42,936 nt of DNA from a virus (Duplodnaviria > Caudoviricetes), in IMG/VR virus record IMGVR_UViG_3300020306_000003, positions 1 to 42,936 of that record; one strand, 5' to 3'. Of the stretch, positions 1-8,537 are shown piece by piece. Positions within the stretch are counted from its first letter, which is position 1. The number at the start of each line of letters is the position of its first letter. The notes beneath the pieces are model-generated. The model searched no databases. It saw only the letters and a program-made list of their open reading frames with translations, and was not told the DNA's origin. The position numbers were made by a program, and so were the translations under genes.

Positions 1-77
1 CAGTAATAAGACCAGGGTGAAGAGCTGATGCGAATTTATTATTCGCAGCCAAGTCAGTCCCTCACAGCCCCTATGCC
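1..77 (+). repeat. 77-bp exact terminal repeat, copy 1 (probable assembly overlap)
   Basis: Identical to 42860-42936; 77 is a common assembler k-mer. Confidence 0.95.
29..47. promoter_or_regulatory. Inverted repeat TGCGAA-N7-TTCGCA, second copy of the attP-like core arms
   Basis: tgcgaa tttatta ttcgca; same arms and 7-bp spacing as 37378-37396; lies between the divergent arms. Confidence 0.5.
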
Positions 78-423
78 TATCTAATTAAAAATAAGATCAA
101 TTATTTATATTTTTTTGCTTTTGTATGGCGATCTGGAGGGGGCCAAGGGGGGAATTTGAGAAAGTCGAGACGACGAACCCTACTTAATCGCGAGCAGCAA
201 AAAGGAAAGCCCCGCTGATGCTAGGAAAAGCGAGGCTAGGGGAGTATATATCGAGGTAACAGGAGGGGAATATCGGTGTGTTTCGTTAAAAACCCTGCCG
301 TCTGTTTATATGGGCGTTTGGAATGAAAGTCAATGTTCCGAGTTTACGTATTGAAACATTCTGAGGGGTTGAGTTAGTTTGATGGGGGTTGTAAGGTACT
401 GAAGCGACCAAGCATTAAGGATT

Positions 424-669
424 ATGATTAAAAGAAAGGAAACGTATTTGATGAAGAAGATGAAGGAGAGGGTGGGTATTGAGAGAGATCCAAGTGGAGG
501 GGAATTAGCGAGAGATTTTACGAAGAGTGAGAGGGCTGCTTATGGAAGTTACATGAGAAGTTATAGAGAGAGGTATGGATTAGTGGATGGTTTAAGGACA
601 GATAGAGAAGGGTTTAAGAAATATCTGCGGGAGCGTAGAGAAAAGGATAGAAAAGCTAGGGGATATTAG
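424..669 (+). CDS. Hypothetical basic protein
   Basis: 81-aa ORF preceded by AGGA; highly charged; very purine-rich coding strand. Confidence 0.6.
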   Translation: MIKRKETYLMKKMKERVGIERDPSGGELARDFTKSERAAYGSYMRSYRERYGLVDGLRTDREGFKKYLRERREKDRKARGY

Positions 670-701
670 TTATTGTGTAGTGGTCTTTTAGATTAAGAGT
701 T

Positions 702-770
702 ATGGCTCCATCTGGTAAAGGGACTTACGGAAGTAAGAAAGGAAGACCACCAAAGAAGGGGAAGAAGTAA
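702..770 (+). CDS. 22-aa basic micropeptide MAPSGKGTYGSKKGRPPKKGKK
   Basis: Read by hand, not in the ORF track; stop overlaps the next ATG (TAATG); GKGTYGSKxGRPPK resembles tiny marine phage peptides. Confidence 0.6.
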   Translation: MAPSGKGTYGSKKGRPPKKGKK

Positions 771-934
771 TGTATCAAAGAGAATGGTTAGAAGAAGATC
801 GTAAAAGGGTATTGGATATGGAGAGGTGGTATGTCTTAGATGGCAGGCATCATCAAGATCATCCGATGCATGGAATTTATACAGGACTTTCAGCTAAAGC
901 TGATGAACTAGAGAAAGAAGATTTAGTGAGTTAA
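770..934 (+). CDS. 54-aa hypothetical cyanophage-type protein (MYQREWLEEDRKRVLDMERWYVLDGRHHQDHPMHGIYTGL...)
   Basis: Read by hand; translationally coupled to 702-770; WYxxDGR...HPxHGxYTGL pattern. Confidence 0.7.
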   Translation: MYQREWLEEDRKRVLDMERWYVLDGRHHQDHPMHGIYTGLSAKADELEKEDLVS

Positions 935-941
935 AATGAAA

Positions 942-1024
942 TAGCCCTACGATGCTTGCTGCTTGGTCGTGGTCAGCTAGGGTTAGATGAAGCCTCCTGA
1001 CTCCTGCGTTGTTGGGGGGTTTTG
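942..1024 (+). ncRNA. Candidate small antisense regulatory RNA (stem-loop displaying UUGGUCGUGGU, followed by a terminator)
   Basis: -10-like TAAAAT at 932-937; stems TAGCCCTA(942-949)/TAGGGTTA(978-985) and GCTG(958-961)/CAGC(974-977); loop 962-973; G-U pairs and the T-tail favour the + strand. Confidence 0.6.
992..1024 (+). terminator. Intrinsic terminator
   Basis: GCCTCCTGAC(992-1001)/GTTGGGGGGT(1011-1020) stem with G-U pairs, then TTTGTTG. Confidence 0.6.
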
Positions 1025-1073
1025 TTGTATCTAGCCATAGTTACGTCAGAATAGAGAAAGTTAAAAAAGGACT

Positions 1074-1262
1074 ATGCCTTACCTCACAAACAATCAAAGA
1101 ATGGAGTTAGGTCTTGAAGGTGCAAGCTGTGTTAAGCCTGAGACTTTAAAAAATGCTGATACGTCTAATGTTTACGTGGACGAGGAGGTTCAAGAACAGC
1201 TATTAGCTCCACCAGTAAGACCAACAGCTACAGTTGAAACAACTGAAGAGACAGAAGAGTGA
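1074..1262 (+). CDS. Hypothetical protein
   Basis: 62-aa ORF with AGGA upstream; stop overlaps the terL start (GTGA). Confidence 0.7.
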   Translation: MPYLTNNQRMELGLEGASCVKPETLKNADTSNVYVDEEVQEQLLAPPVRPTATVETTEETEE

Positions 1263-3025
1263 AAAGTTTATGGGAACCGTTACCTCCTCAATTAAGAGAT
1301 AGCTTTCCTAATTTCACTTGTTATCTGCTTAGAGAGTTGGGGTTAGCTGATGCCCCAACTAAGCAGCAGATTTCTGTTTGTAAATGGATGCAAAATGGGC
1401 CAGATCGTAGTCTTACTGTTGCTTTTCGTGGATTAGGTAAGTCAATTCTTGCGTCTTTTTATGCTTTATGGAGATTAAGAGTAGATCCAAATGAAAAGAT
1501 TCTGATTGTCTCTGCTACAGCAGTCAAATCAACTGACTTTTCGTCTTTTATGCTTCGTTGTATTGGAGAAATTGATATTCTTCAATGTCTTATGCCTGGG
1601 CCAGAAAATAGATTCTCTAATGTTGCTTTTGATGTAGGGCCAGCTCAAGTTGAACAGTCTCCGTCTGTTCGATCTATGGGTGTTATGGGTCAAACAACTG
1701 GACAAAGATGTACTTGTGCAATTCTTGATGATGTTGAAACTTTAGCTAACGTAATTACACAGCTAAAACAAGATAGAGTTGCACACGCTGTTGAAGAAAT
1801 ACAAAGTATCATAAAGCCAGAGGAGGGCCAGCTTTTACCCCGTAAAATATTATATTTAGGAACGCCACATACGGAAACAAGTATATATTTAAGGCTTGTG
1901 AGAGAACGGAACTATTCTGCTCGTTACTGGCCTGCGTTGTATCCGAAGGAGTTCGATTGCTACGAGGGCAGTCTCGATCCGACGATTGAACAAGAGGTCA
2001 TCGCGAATACCAGCCTCGTGGAAGAGCCGACTGATCCAGAGCGATTTGGGCATGAAGACATCCTCCAGAGAAAAGCATCCATGACCAAGGCGAGCTTTGA
2101 ACTTCAGTTCATGCTCAACACCCGATTAGCAACTTTAGATAAGTATCCAATCAGGCTTGGGGATCTCATGGTGATGGATCTTGATGGGAAAGCCCTACCC
2201 GAGACTTGTATATGGTCTAACCAACCTGATATGAGATTGCAAGACCTAGTTTGTGTCGGGCTTGGAGCTGATAGGTTCTACCATCGCCCAATATTTCAAA
2301 ATGGATGGGTGTCAAAAACCGAATCGTGGCGGTGTGTCTTAGCTATAGACCCTGCTGGACGAGGTAAAGACGAATTAGCTTGGGCAGTTTTAGCGGAATT
2401 AAATGGAAATTTATTCTTACTTGAATCTGGTGGGTCTACTTTGGGCTATGCCGATGAAGTTTTGCAATATCTTTCTGAAACAGCAAAGAAATGGGATGTT
2501 AACTATGTGGTGGCTGAGTCGAATATGGGCGATGGTATGTTTAGTGCCTTACTAAAACCGCACCTAACAAGAACACATCCATGCACCATCGAAGAAGTTA
2601 GACATAACATCCGTAAAGAAGAAAGATTATGTGACACACTCGGCCCTTTAATTCAGCAACATCGTCTTATTGTTAATAGTCGAGTCATTAAAAATGATTA
2701 TCGTCTAACTGATGAAGATCCTGAACATGGATATTCACGAAGCCTTTTTTGGCAAGCCTCAAGATTGACACAAGAAAGGAATTGCCTCTCACATGATGAC
2801 CGCCTTGACGCTCTTGCTATTGCAGTCGGCTTTTTTGTTGAGTCAGCCGCCCAAGATCAGCAAGTTCAACAACAAGCTAGAAAAGATCAACTCTTCCAAG
2901 ACGAATTAGAAGCTTGGATGGATGAGACAACAGGTTCTATTGACTCAATAGCTTTCGGTTTTAAGAAAAAAACTACTTCGGGGAGAGCTTACGGAGGGGT
3001 TCGACGTTTGAAGGTGGGGTCTTAA
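1259..3025 (+). CDS. terL: Terminase large subunit (T7 gp19-like)
   Basis: AFRGLGKS Walker A, ILDDVE Walker B, YLGTPHT, nuclease motifs IDPAGRGKDE and HDDRLDALA. Confidence 0.97.
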   Translation: MKSLWEPLPPQLRDSFPNFTCYLLRELGLADAPTKQQISVCKWMQNGPDRSLTVAFRGLGKSILASFYALWRLRVDPNEKILIVSATAVKSTDFSSFMLRCIGEIDILQCLMPGPENRFSNVAFDVGPAQVEQSPSVRSMGVMGQTTGQRCTCAILDDVETLANVITQLKQDRVAHAVEEIQSIIKPEEGQLLPRKILYLGTPHTETSIYLRLVRERNYSARYWPALYPKEFDCYEGSLDPTIEQEVIANTSLVEEPTDPERFGHEDILQRKASMTKASFELQFMLNTRLATLDKYPIRLGDLMVMDLDGKALPETCIWSNQPDMRLQDLVCVGLGADRFYHRPIFQNGWVSKTESWRCVLAIDPAGRGKDELAWAVLAELNGNLFLLESGGSTLGYADEVLQYLSETAKKWDVNYVVAESNMGDGMFSALLKPHLTRTHPCTIEEVRHNIRKEERLCDTLGPLIQQHRLIVNSRVIKNDYRLTDEDPEHGYSRSLFWQASRLTQERNCLSHDDRLDALAIAVGFFVESAAQDQQVQQQARKDQLFQDELEAWMDETTGSIDSIAFGFKKKTTSGRAYGGVRRLKVGS

Positions 3026-3236
3026 GCGGAATAACTTTGTCATCCATGCTTGAGAAGTCCAATTTGTTGGCAAGTTTCTTTAACGTGCTTCCTTCTGCTG
3101 CAACAGCAGTCACATTGTTTTGTTTTAGAAGCATCATTGCTTCTGATCTTGCCTTGCGATCTCCATTTCTTAGATCATCTAATACTTGATCTATTACTTC
3201 GGAGTGCATCTCTGCTAATTTTTCTTGTAAATCCAT
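2973..3236 (-). CDS. terS: Terminase small subunit-like protein (T7 gp18-like)
   Basis: LAEMH...LRNG...AMMLLKQNNVTAVAAEGSTLKKLA resembles gp18 of marine T7-like phages; has its own upstream 15-bp motif. Confidence 0.7.
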   Translation of the reverse strand: MDLQEKLAEMHSEVIDQVLDDLRNGDRKARSEAMMLLKQNNVTAVAAEGSTLKKLANKLDFSSMDDKVIPLKTPPSNVEPLRKLSPK

Positions 3237-3241
3237 AAACT

Positions 3242-3256
3242 TCTACGGGGAAGTTG
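3242..3256 (-). promoter_or_regulatory. 15-bp motif copy CAACTTCCCCGTAGA (putative phage RNAP promoter or operator)
   Basis: 5 nt upstream of the terS ATG. Confidence 0.55.
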
Positions 3257-3309
3257 AATAACTCCTCTACTATGGTACATATTCACGATTATCGGTAGGC
3301 TGTAAAGGT

Positions 3310-3324
3310 CTACGTCCTTGGAGA
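3310..3324 (+). promoter_or_regulatory. 15-bp motif copy CTACGTCCTTGGAGA
   Basis: Abuts the GTG of the first gene of the head operon. Confidence 0.55.
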
Positions 3325-3516
3325 GTGGCTTATTTCCCAAACATAGATGAAAGATTTGTAGCTGCTTTAGATGAGCAGTTTCCAGATCAGTGTCCTGATT
3401 TGAGTCTTTCTGAAAAAGAAGTTTGGTTTAAGTCAGGCCAGGCATCTGTCGTCAAGTGGTTAAAACGCCGTTTGGAAGAACAGGAAAATGACGTTTATCA
3501 ACTGGAGGCAGTCTGA
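3325..3516 (+). CDS. Small conserved protein of the pre-portal cluster
   Basis: LDEQFPDQCP...WFKSGQASVVKWL pattern; coupled to the next gene. Confidence 0.8.
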   Translation: MAYFPNIDERFVAALDEQFPDQCPDLSLSEKEVWFKSGQASVVKWLKRRLEEQENDVYQLEAV

Positions 3517-3908
3517 TGTGTTTTGGTGGCGGCGGTTCTGCTGCAACAATTACTGTTCCTGATTACAAGGCTTATGATCAGCAATTTGATTTAATGAAAT
3601 CTGCGGTAGATCAGGCTTCTAGTACAGCAATATTAACTTCTCAGTCTGATTTGAACGCAGCATTAAACGCCAAACAAGATGCTGCTACAAAATTATTGCT
3701 GGCAAAGCAACAGCAAGCAGATGATACAAATGCAGCGGCGATGAGATTAGCTCAAGTTGTCGGGCCGCCGCCAAGAGAAGAACATGCTAAACCTCCTCAG
3801 ATTGGTGTTGATGAAAGAGGTGTGAAAACTAAAAAAGGTAAATCATCTTTAAGAATTGGCAAGGTTGCCACAACTTCAGGCCAAGGCTCTGGCCTCAACA
3901 TTACTTAG
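3516..3908 (+). CDS. gp6.7/gp7.3-like small virion protein, paralog 1
   Basis: MC start; C-terminus KKGKSSLRIG...GSGLNIT; located before the portal. Confidence 0.75.
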   Translation: MCFGGGGSAATITVPDYKAYDQQFDLMKSAVDQASSTAILTSQSDLNAALNAKQDAATKLLLAKQQQADDTNAAAMRLAQVVGPPPREEHAKPPQIGVDERGVKTKKGKSSLRIGKVATTSGQGSGLNIT

Positions 3909-3917
3909 GTACTAATT

Positions 3918-4328
3918 ATGTGCATCGGCCCCTTTGCTCCAAAAATCGAAATGCCAGAAATCGTTTACCAAGGCCCGTCTGAACAAGACTTGGCTGATCA
4001 ACGACAAATTTTAACTGATTACACAACAACGTCTGAAGCAAACACAAAAGCTTTTCAAGAAACAATTGATGCACGAATCGCTACTGCTCAAGCCTCAACA
4101 GACAGTATTTTGGACCAACTAAAAGAAACTTCAGCTCAGGCTGGGGCTGGTATTGAAAATTTAGTAAACGAAGCTCCTTATGCAATTACAACTGAAGACA
4201 ATGTAGACCCAGAAGATGCTCAAGTAACACAAAAAATTTCAAAGAAAAAGAAAAAACCAAGTACTTTAAAAATTGCAGCAGGCGGTCTTACCTCTACTGC
4301 TGGAACTGGTGTTAACTACGGAGTTTAA
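3918..4328 (+). CDS. gp6.7/gp7.3-like small virion protein, paralog 2
   Basis: MC start; C-terminus KKKKPSTLKI...GTGVNYGV. Confidence 0.72.
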   Translation: MCIGPFAPKIEMPEIVYQGPSEQDLADQRQILTDYTTTSEANTKAFQETIDARIATAQASTDSILDQLKETSAQAGAGIENLVNEAPYAITTEDNVDPEDAQVTQKISKKKKKPSTLKIAAGGLTSTAGTGVNYGV

Positions 4329-4330
4329 TT

Positions 4331-4849
4331 ATGTGCGAAGCCCCTGATGTTCCAGGTCCATTTGACAACCTTTGGAACGACGTAACTGGAGTTACGGCAA
4401 AAAAGAATGCTGTTAAAGAAGCGATGAAGCAACAAGCTGAAAATATTAGGATTGCAAACGAAAGGAATGCTGAATTAGCAGAGATCGCTAATCAAATAAC
4501 CGAAGTTACAACACAAGCAGAACAGACAAATCAACAAGCCGCTGCAAGTGGAGCTGAAGCTATTGAAGCAATAAGGCAGCAAGCACAAACTCAAATTGTT
4601 GTTGGAAGTTCTGGCCCAAGTGCTGCTGAGATTGAAGCTCGGAATGCTGCGATAAGTGCTGCTAGTAGTGCAGCTCAAACATCGCAAAGCATTCTTAACA
4701 AGCAAAAGAAAAAGAAGAAAAAAGGTTTAAAAATATCTCCAAAAGATGCTTATTCAGATGGTTCTGGAGCACCAGGATCTACTTCTGCTTCATTAAAAAT
4801 CGGTAGCCAAGGAACAACTCCTGGTACTGGTACTAATCTCCCTGTCTAA
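4331..4849 (+). CDS. gp6.7/gp7.3-like small virion protein, paralog 3
   Basis: MC start; poly-K tract and SASLKIG...GTGTNLPV. Confidence 0.72.
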   Translation: MCEAPDVPGPFDNLWNDVTGVTAKKNAVKEAMKQQAENIRIANERNAELAEIANQITEVTTQAEQTNQQAAASGAEAIEAIRQQAQTQIVVGSSGPSAAEIEARNAAISAASSAAQTSQSILNKQKKKKKKGLKISPKDAYSDGSGAPGSTSASLKIGSQGTTPGTGTNLPV

Positions 4850-4851
4850 TT

Positions 4852-6456
4852 ATGGCTACTGCTGAACAGCGTTATCGCTCAGGTGAAAATGATCGGAATT
4901 GGGTTTTAGATAAAGGCCGTAATTCAGCTCGTCTTACGGTTCCTTATTTAATCCCAGAATCAAACGATCCAGTTAACAACAACAAAGATACATACGCTGT
5001 TCCGTGGAATGGAATAGGAGCTAGAGGAGTTCTCAACTTAGCGAGCCGAATGCTTTTGGCTTTGCTACCTCCAACGCAACAATTTTTCAGATTTTCATTA
5101 GATGAAGCAGCATTAGCACAACAAGGAGTAGGGCCAGAGCAAAAATCTCAATTTGAAGAGGCGTTAAGCAAGATTGAAAGAATGGTGCTTAGGGAAATAG
5201 AGGCAAGTAATGATCGTGTTGTCTTCCATGAGGCGTTATTACATTTAATTGTTGCTGGAAATGCACTTTTATACGTTGCTCCAGAGGGATTAAGGGTATT
5301 TCATCTCAATCGTTACGTTTGTTTCCGCGATCCAATGGGTAATCCCCTTGAGATCGTGACATGTGAGCAACTTCCTTACTACGCATTGCCTGAAAAAGTT
5401 AGGCAAATGCTTGAACAAGAGGAAGAAGAAGATCTGAAAGGACTTTATAAACAACCAGAGCCATTAGAAGCAAAAGAAGAAGAAAAAAATTGCAAGGTTT
5501 ATACGCATATCAAGTGGGAAGGTAATCAAGTTAAGTGGCATCAGGAGGTAAAAGGAAAAATCGTTGAAGGAAGTGAAGGAAGAGCCCCTAAAGATTTAAG
5601 TCCTTGGCTCCCATTGCGTATGACGCGGGTTGATGGACAAGCTTATGGGGTTGGATATGTAGAAGCGGCAGCGATAGCTGATTTGCAAACAGTTGAGGCG
5701 TTATGTCAGGCAATCGCAGAGGGTAGCCTTGCGTCAGCAGCGGTACGTTTCCTCGTAAAGCCAAGTGGTGTTACGAAGGCCGCTGATCTAGCTAAGGCTC
5801 CTAATGGAAGTTTCGTTACAGGAGATCCCAACGATGTGCTTGCTTTGCAAGTTCAGAAATCGTCCGATCTATCCGTAGCGATGCAAGGAAAAGAACAGAT
5901 AGAACGTAGGCTGTCACAGGCTTTCATGCTTAATGATCAGCGAAATGCGGAACGCGTCACCGCGGAAGAAGTGCGTTTGGCCGCCCTTCAGACGGAAAAT
6001 AGCCTCGGCTCCATATACAGCATCCTCACTACAGAGTTCCAAGTTCCATACGTCGCTAGAAAGTTAGATATTCTCACCAGAGAAAACAAAGTTCCTAAGT
6101 TACCTCCTGATTTAGTGAAAGTTGTAATGACGGTTGGTTTGGCTGCTGTTGGAAGAGGAAATGATTTAGAGCAATTAGTCAGATTTACAACAACTCTGGG
6201 TCAAACCATAGGTCCAGAGGGATTAGCCCAGTACTTAAAACCTACTGAGTTAATCACTCGTCTTGCTTATTCAATGGGCATAGACACTTTGGGCTTAATC
6301 AAGACTGAGCAAGAGCTACAAGCTGAAGCACAGCAAGCCCAGGAGCAAGCACAACAGCAAGCTTTAATGCAATCAGCTATGGCTGATCCGCAGAAGTTAG
6401 CTAATGCTGCTCAAACCGCTAACGAAATGATCAATCCACCCCAAGAAGCACAATGA
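4852..6456 (+). CDS. Portal / head-to-tail connector (T7 gp8-like)
   Basis: GARGVLNLASRMLLALLPP, PWLPLR, YGVGYVE, RNAERVTAEEVR motifs; 534 aa. Confidence 0.97.
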   Translation: MATAEQRYRSGENDRNWVLDKGRNSARLTVPYLIPESNDPVNNNKDTYAVPWNGIGARGVLNLASRMLLALLPPTQQFFRFSLDEAALAQQGVGPEQKSQFEEALSKIERMVLREIEASNDRVVFHEALLHLIVAGNALLYVAPEGLRVFHLNRYVCFRDPMGNPLEIVTCEQLPYYALPEKVRQMLEQEEEEDLKGLYKQPEPLEAKEEEKNCKVYTHIKWEGNQVKWHQEVKGKIVEGSEGRAPKDLSPWLPLRMTRVDGQAYGVGYVEAAAIADLQTVEALCQAIAEGSLASAAVRFLVKPSGVTKAADLAKAPNGSFVTGDPNDVLALQVQKSSDLSVAMQGKEQIERRLSQAFMLNDQRNAERVTAEEVRLAALQTENSLGSIYSILTTEFQVPYVARKLDILTRENKVPKLPPDLVKVVMTVGLAAVGRGNDLEQLVRFTTTLGQTIGPEGLAQYLKPTELITRLAYSMGIDTLGLIKTEQELQAEAQQAQEQAQQQALMQSAMADPQKLANAAQTANEMINPPQEAQ

Positions 6457-7382
6457 CCGCGACCCCACAAGGTACTCCACAACTAACTATTCCTGAAGGA
6501 CAAGAAGGAATCGCTAGTCCTGATCAACAGGAATTAGTTGAACAGATTCAACAAGAAAGTCAGGTTGATGAAGATGCACAACAAGTTCTAAGTAAATTTA
6601 ATGGCGACAATGCAGCCTTAGCAAAATCTTACGCTGAACTACAAAGGAAGTTCACGCAAAATCAACAGCAAAAATCTGAAACTCAGCAAAAACCTGAGAC
6701 TCAGGAAAAGGCTGAAGAATCAACAACGGACGAAATTAATTGGCCTGAATCAATTGAAAACTATACGTTTGAAGTTGGAAAGAAGTTTTATGGATCAGAC
6801 GTAGCAACTGCTTTGCAAAATGCTGAAGTTAATCCAGTTGAGATGTGTGAAAAATTTTACGCAGGGGAAGATGTAAGTAGTTATGTAAATGACATCGTTG
6901 AAAAAGGCGGTCTGCCTAGAGATTTAGTCGAAAGATATTTAGAAGGAAGTCGTGTTCGTGCTGGCCTTAACAGGGAGTCTGCTCAAAAGGAAATGACAGA
7001 AGCAGAAGAGCAACAAATAAAAGATGAATTAGGAGGTGATGCAGCTTTTAACCAGATCGCTGATTGGGCTGGTAAAAACTTAAACGCAGAAACTTTAAAA
7101 GCTTATAACGACACTATTGATACGGGGAATCCAGATGCAATTCGTTGGGCAGTTAGGTCATTGCAAATAGAAATGGCAAATCCTAATGCTGTTGTAGAGC
7201 CAAAGCTCATAGGGGGTGGAGATGTACCAAGTCAGACTACATTTACAAGTAAGCAACAAGTATTAGATGCTTTAAGTAAAACAAATGAAAAAGGACAAAA
7301 GATATATGATTTAGATGGAACTTATCGAGATTCAGTGAAAGAAATGTTGGCAAGAAGCCAGCCGTGGGATAGTCTTAAGTAA
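6453..7382 (+). CDS. Capsid scaffolding protein (T7 gp9-like)
   Basis: Acidic; LAKSYAELQRK and GGDAAFNQIADWA; between portal and capsid. Confidence 0.92.
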   Translation: MTATPQGTPQLTIPEGQEGIASPDQQELVEQIQQESQVDEDAQQVLSKFNGDNAALAKSYAELQRKFTQNQQQKSETQQKPETQEKAEESTTDEINWPESIENYTFEVGKKFYGSDVATALQNAEVNPVEMCEKFYAGEDVSSYVNDIVEKGGLPRDLVERYLEGSRVRAGLNRESAQKEMTEAEEQQIKDELGGDAAFNQIADWAGKNLNAETLKAYNDTIDTGNPDAIRWAVRSLQIEMANPNAVVEPKLIGGGDVPSQTTFTSKQQVLDALSKTNEKGQKIYDLDGTYRDSVKEMLARSQPWDSLK

Positions 7383-7483
7383 GAACGCAACCAAAAGCAC
7401 TAGGCCCATCAAGGTGGACAACCTGAGTAGCGGAGGAACGGGCGATCTAACCAAAAGTATTTTTTTCTAAAAACTAGCTAATT

Positions 7484-8509
7484 ATGGCTGTTACTCTCAG
7501 CCGTATTGGTCAGATTAAAGGCTCTGCCGCTACTTGGGGAGCTGGTGCATCTGGTCTGGATACGGATAGAGCGTTAATGCTCAAGCTCGGATCTGCCGAG
7601 GTTCTTGAAGCGTTCATGACATCGTGTGTTTTCAAAGGCAAAACACGCGAAAGAAACATAAGAGGAGGCAAGAGCGTAGCCTTCCCAATCACGGGTAAAA
7701 TGACCGCTGCGTACCATCAGCCAGGCACTGAGCTGACAGGTACAATCAACGATCCTTCTGACCTCAACGAGAGGGTAATCAGCTTGGATGCGTTGATGGT
7801 TGCAGATGCGGCCATATATTCAGTAGACGAATTAATGTCGTATTTCGACGTTAGACAGATCTATACAAAAGAGTTAGGTCGTGCTTTAGCGGTTGAGTAT
7901 GACAAGCGTGTTGCAAGAATGATCTTTGCAGCAGCAAGTAACTCTACTGAGCCTTTAAATAAATCTTCTAACAGCGGAAGAACTGGACAAGGATTAACAC
8001 TAGGAACTGATTACACAGCTTCAGGTGCTACTCGTCAGGCAAAAGGTGATGCTCTAGTTAACGCGATCTTTGATGCTCGTGTTGGCTTTGAAGAGAAGGA
8101 CGTAAGTATCGACGACATGTACGCGGTATTTACTCCAGAGGATTACTACCTCATCTCACAATCAAGTCGTGCTATCAATGCTGACTTCGGTGGAGCTGGA
8201 ACCATTGCAGATGGCCGCACATTGCGTGTTGCTGGTATTCCTATACTTTCCTCAAATCATGTAACTCAGAGTGCTTACACGCTTGTAGCGGGTGATCACA
8301 ACGGTGATTACGCTCAAGATTTGAGTAAGTGTAAGGGGCTTATTTTCAATAAAGAGGCTGTTGGAGTAGTAACACTTCTCAGTCCAGCCTTGCAGTTAAC
8401 TGGTGAAGAATGGCGGGTGGTACACCAAGCTGATTTGATGGTGGCACGCCAAAGTCTCGGAATGGGAGTTCTACGAGCTGAGTCAGCTTGTAAAATTGTT
8501 ATTCCTTAG
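7484..8509 (+). CDS. Major capsid protein (T7 gp10-like)
   Basis: GKSVAFPITG, YHQPG, ELGRALAVEYDK, GMGVLRAESA motifs; 341 aa. Confidence 0.97.
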   Translation: MAVTLSRIGQIKGSAATWGAGASGLDTDRALMLKLGSAEVLEAFMTSCVFKGKTRERNIRGGKSVAFPITGKMTAAYHQPGTELTGTINDPSDLNERVISLDALMVADAAIYSVDELMSYFDVRQIYTKELGRALAVEYDKRVARMIFAAASNSTEPLNKSSNSGRTGQGLTLGTDYTASGATRQAKGDALVNAIFDARVGFEEKDVSIDDMYAVFTPEDYYLISQSSRAINADFGGAGTIADGRTLRVAGIPILSSNHVTQSAYTLVAGDHNGDYAQDLSKCKGLIFNKEAVGVVTLLSPALQLTGEEWRVVHQADLMVARQSLGMGVLRAESACKIVIP

Positions 8510-8537
8510 TAATCTAAATAAGAGAGATTGCAAAGCA

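Noticed and set aside
1041-1055. TTACGTCAGAATAGA as another 15-bp motif copy before the terL operon
   Set aside because: The position fits, but there are too many mismatches to call without a weight matrix
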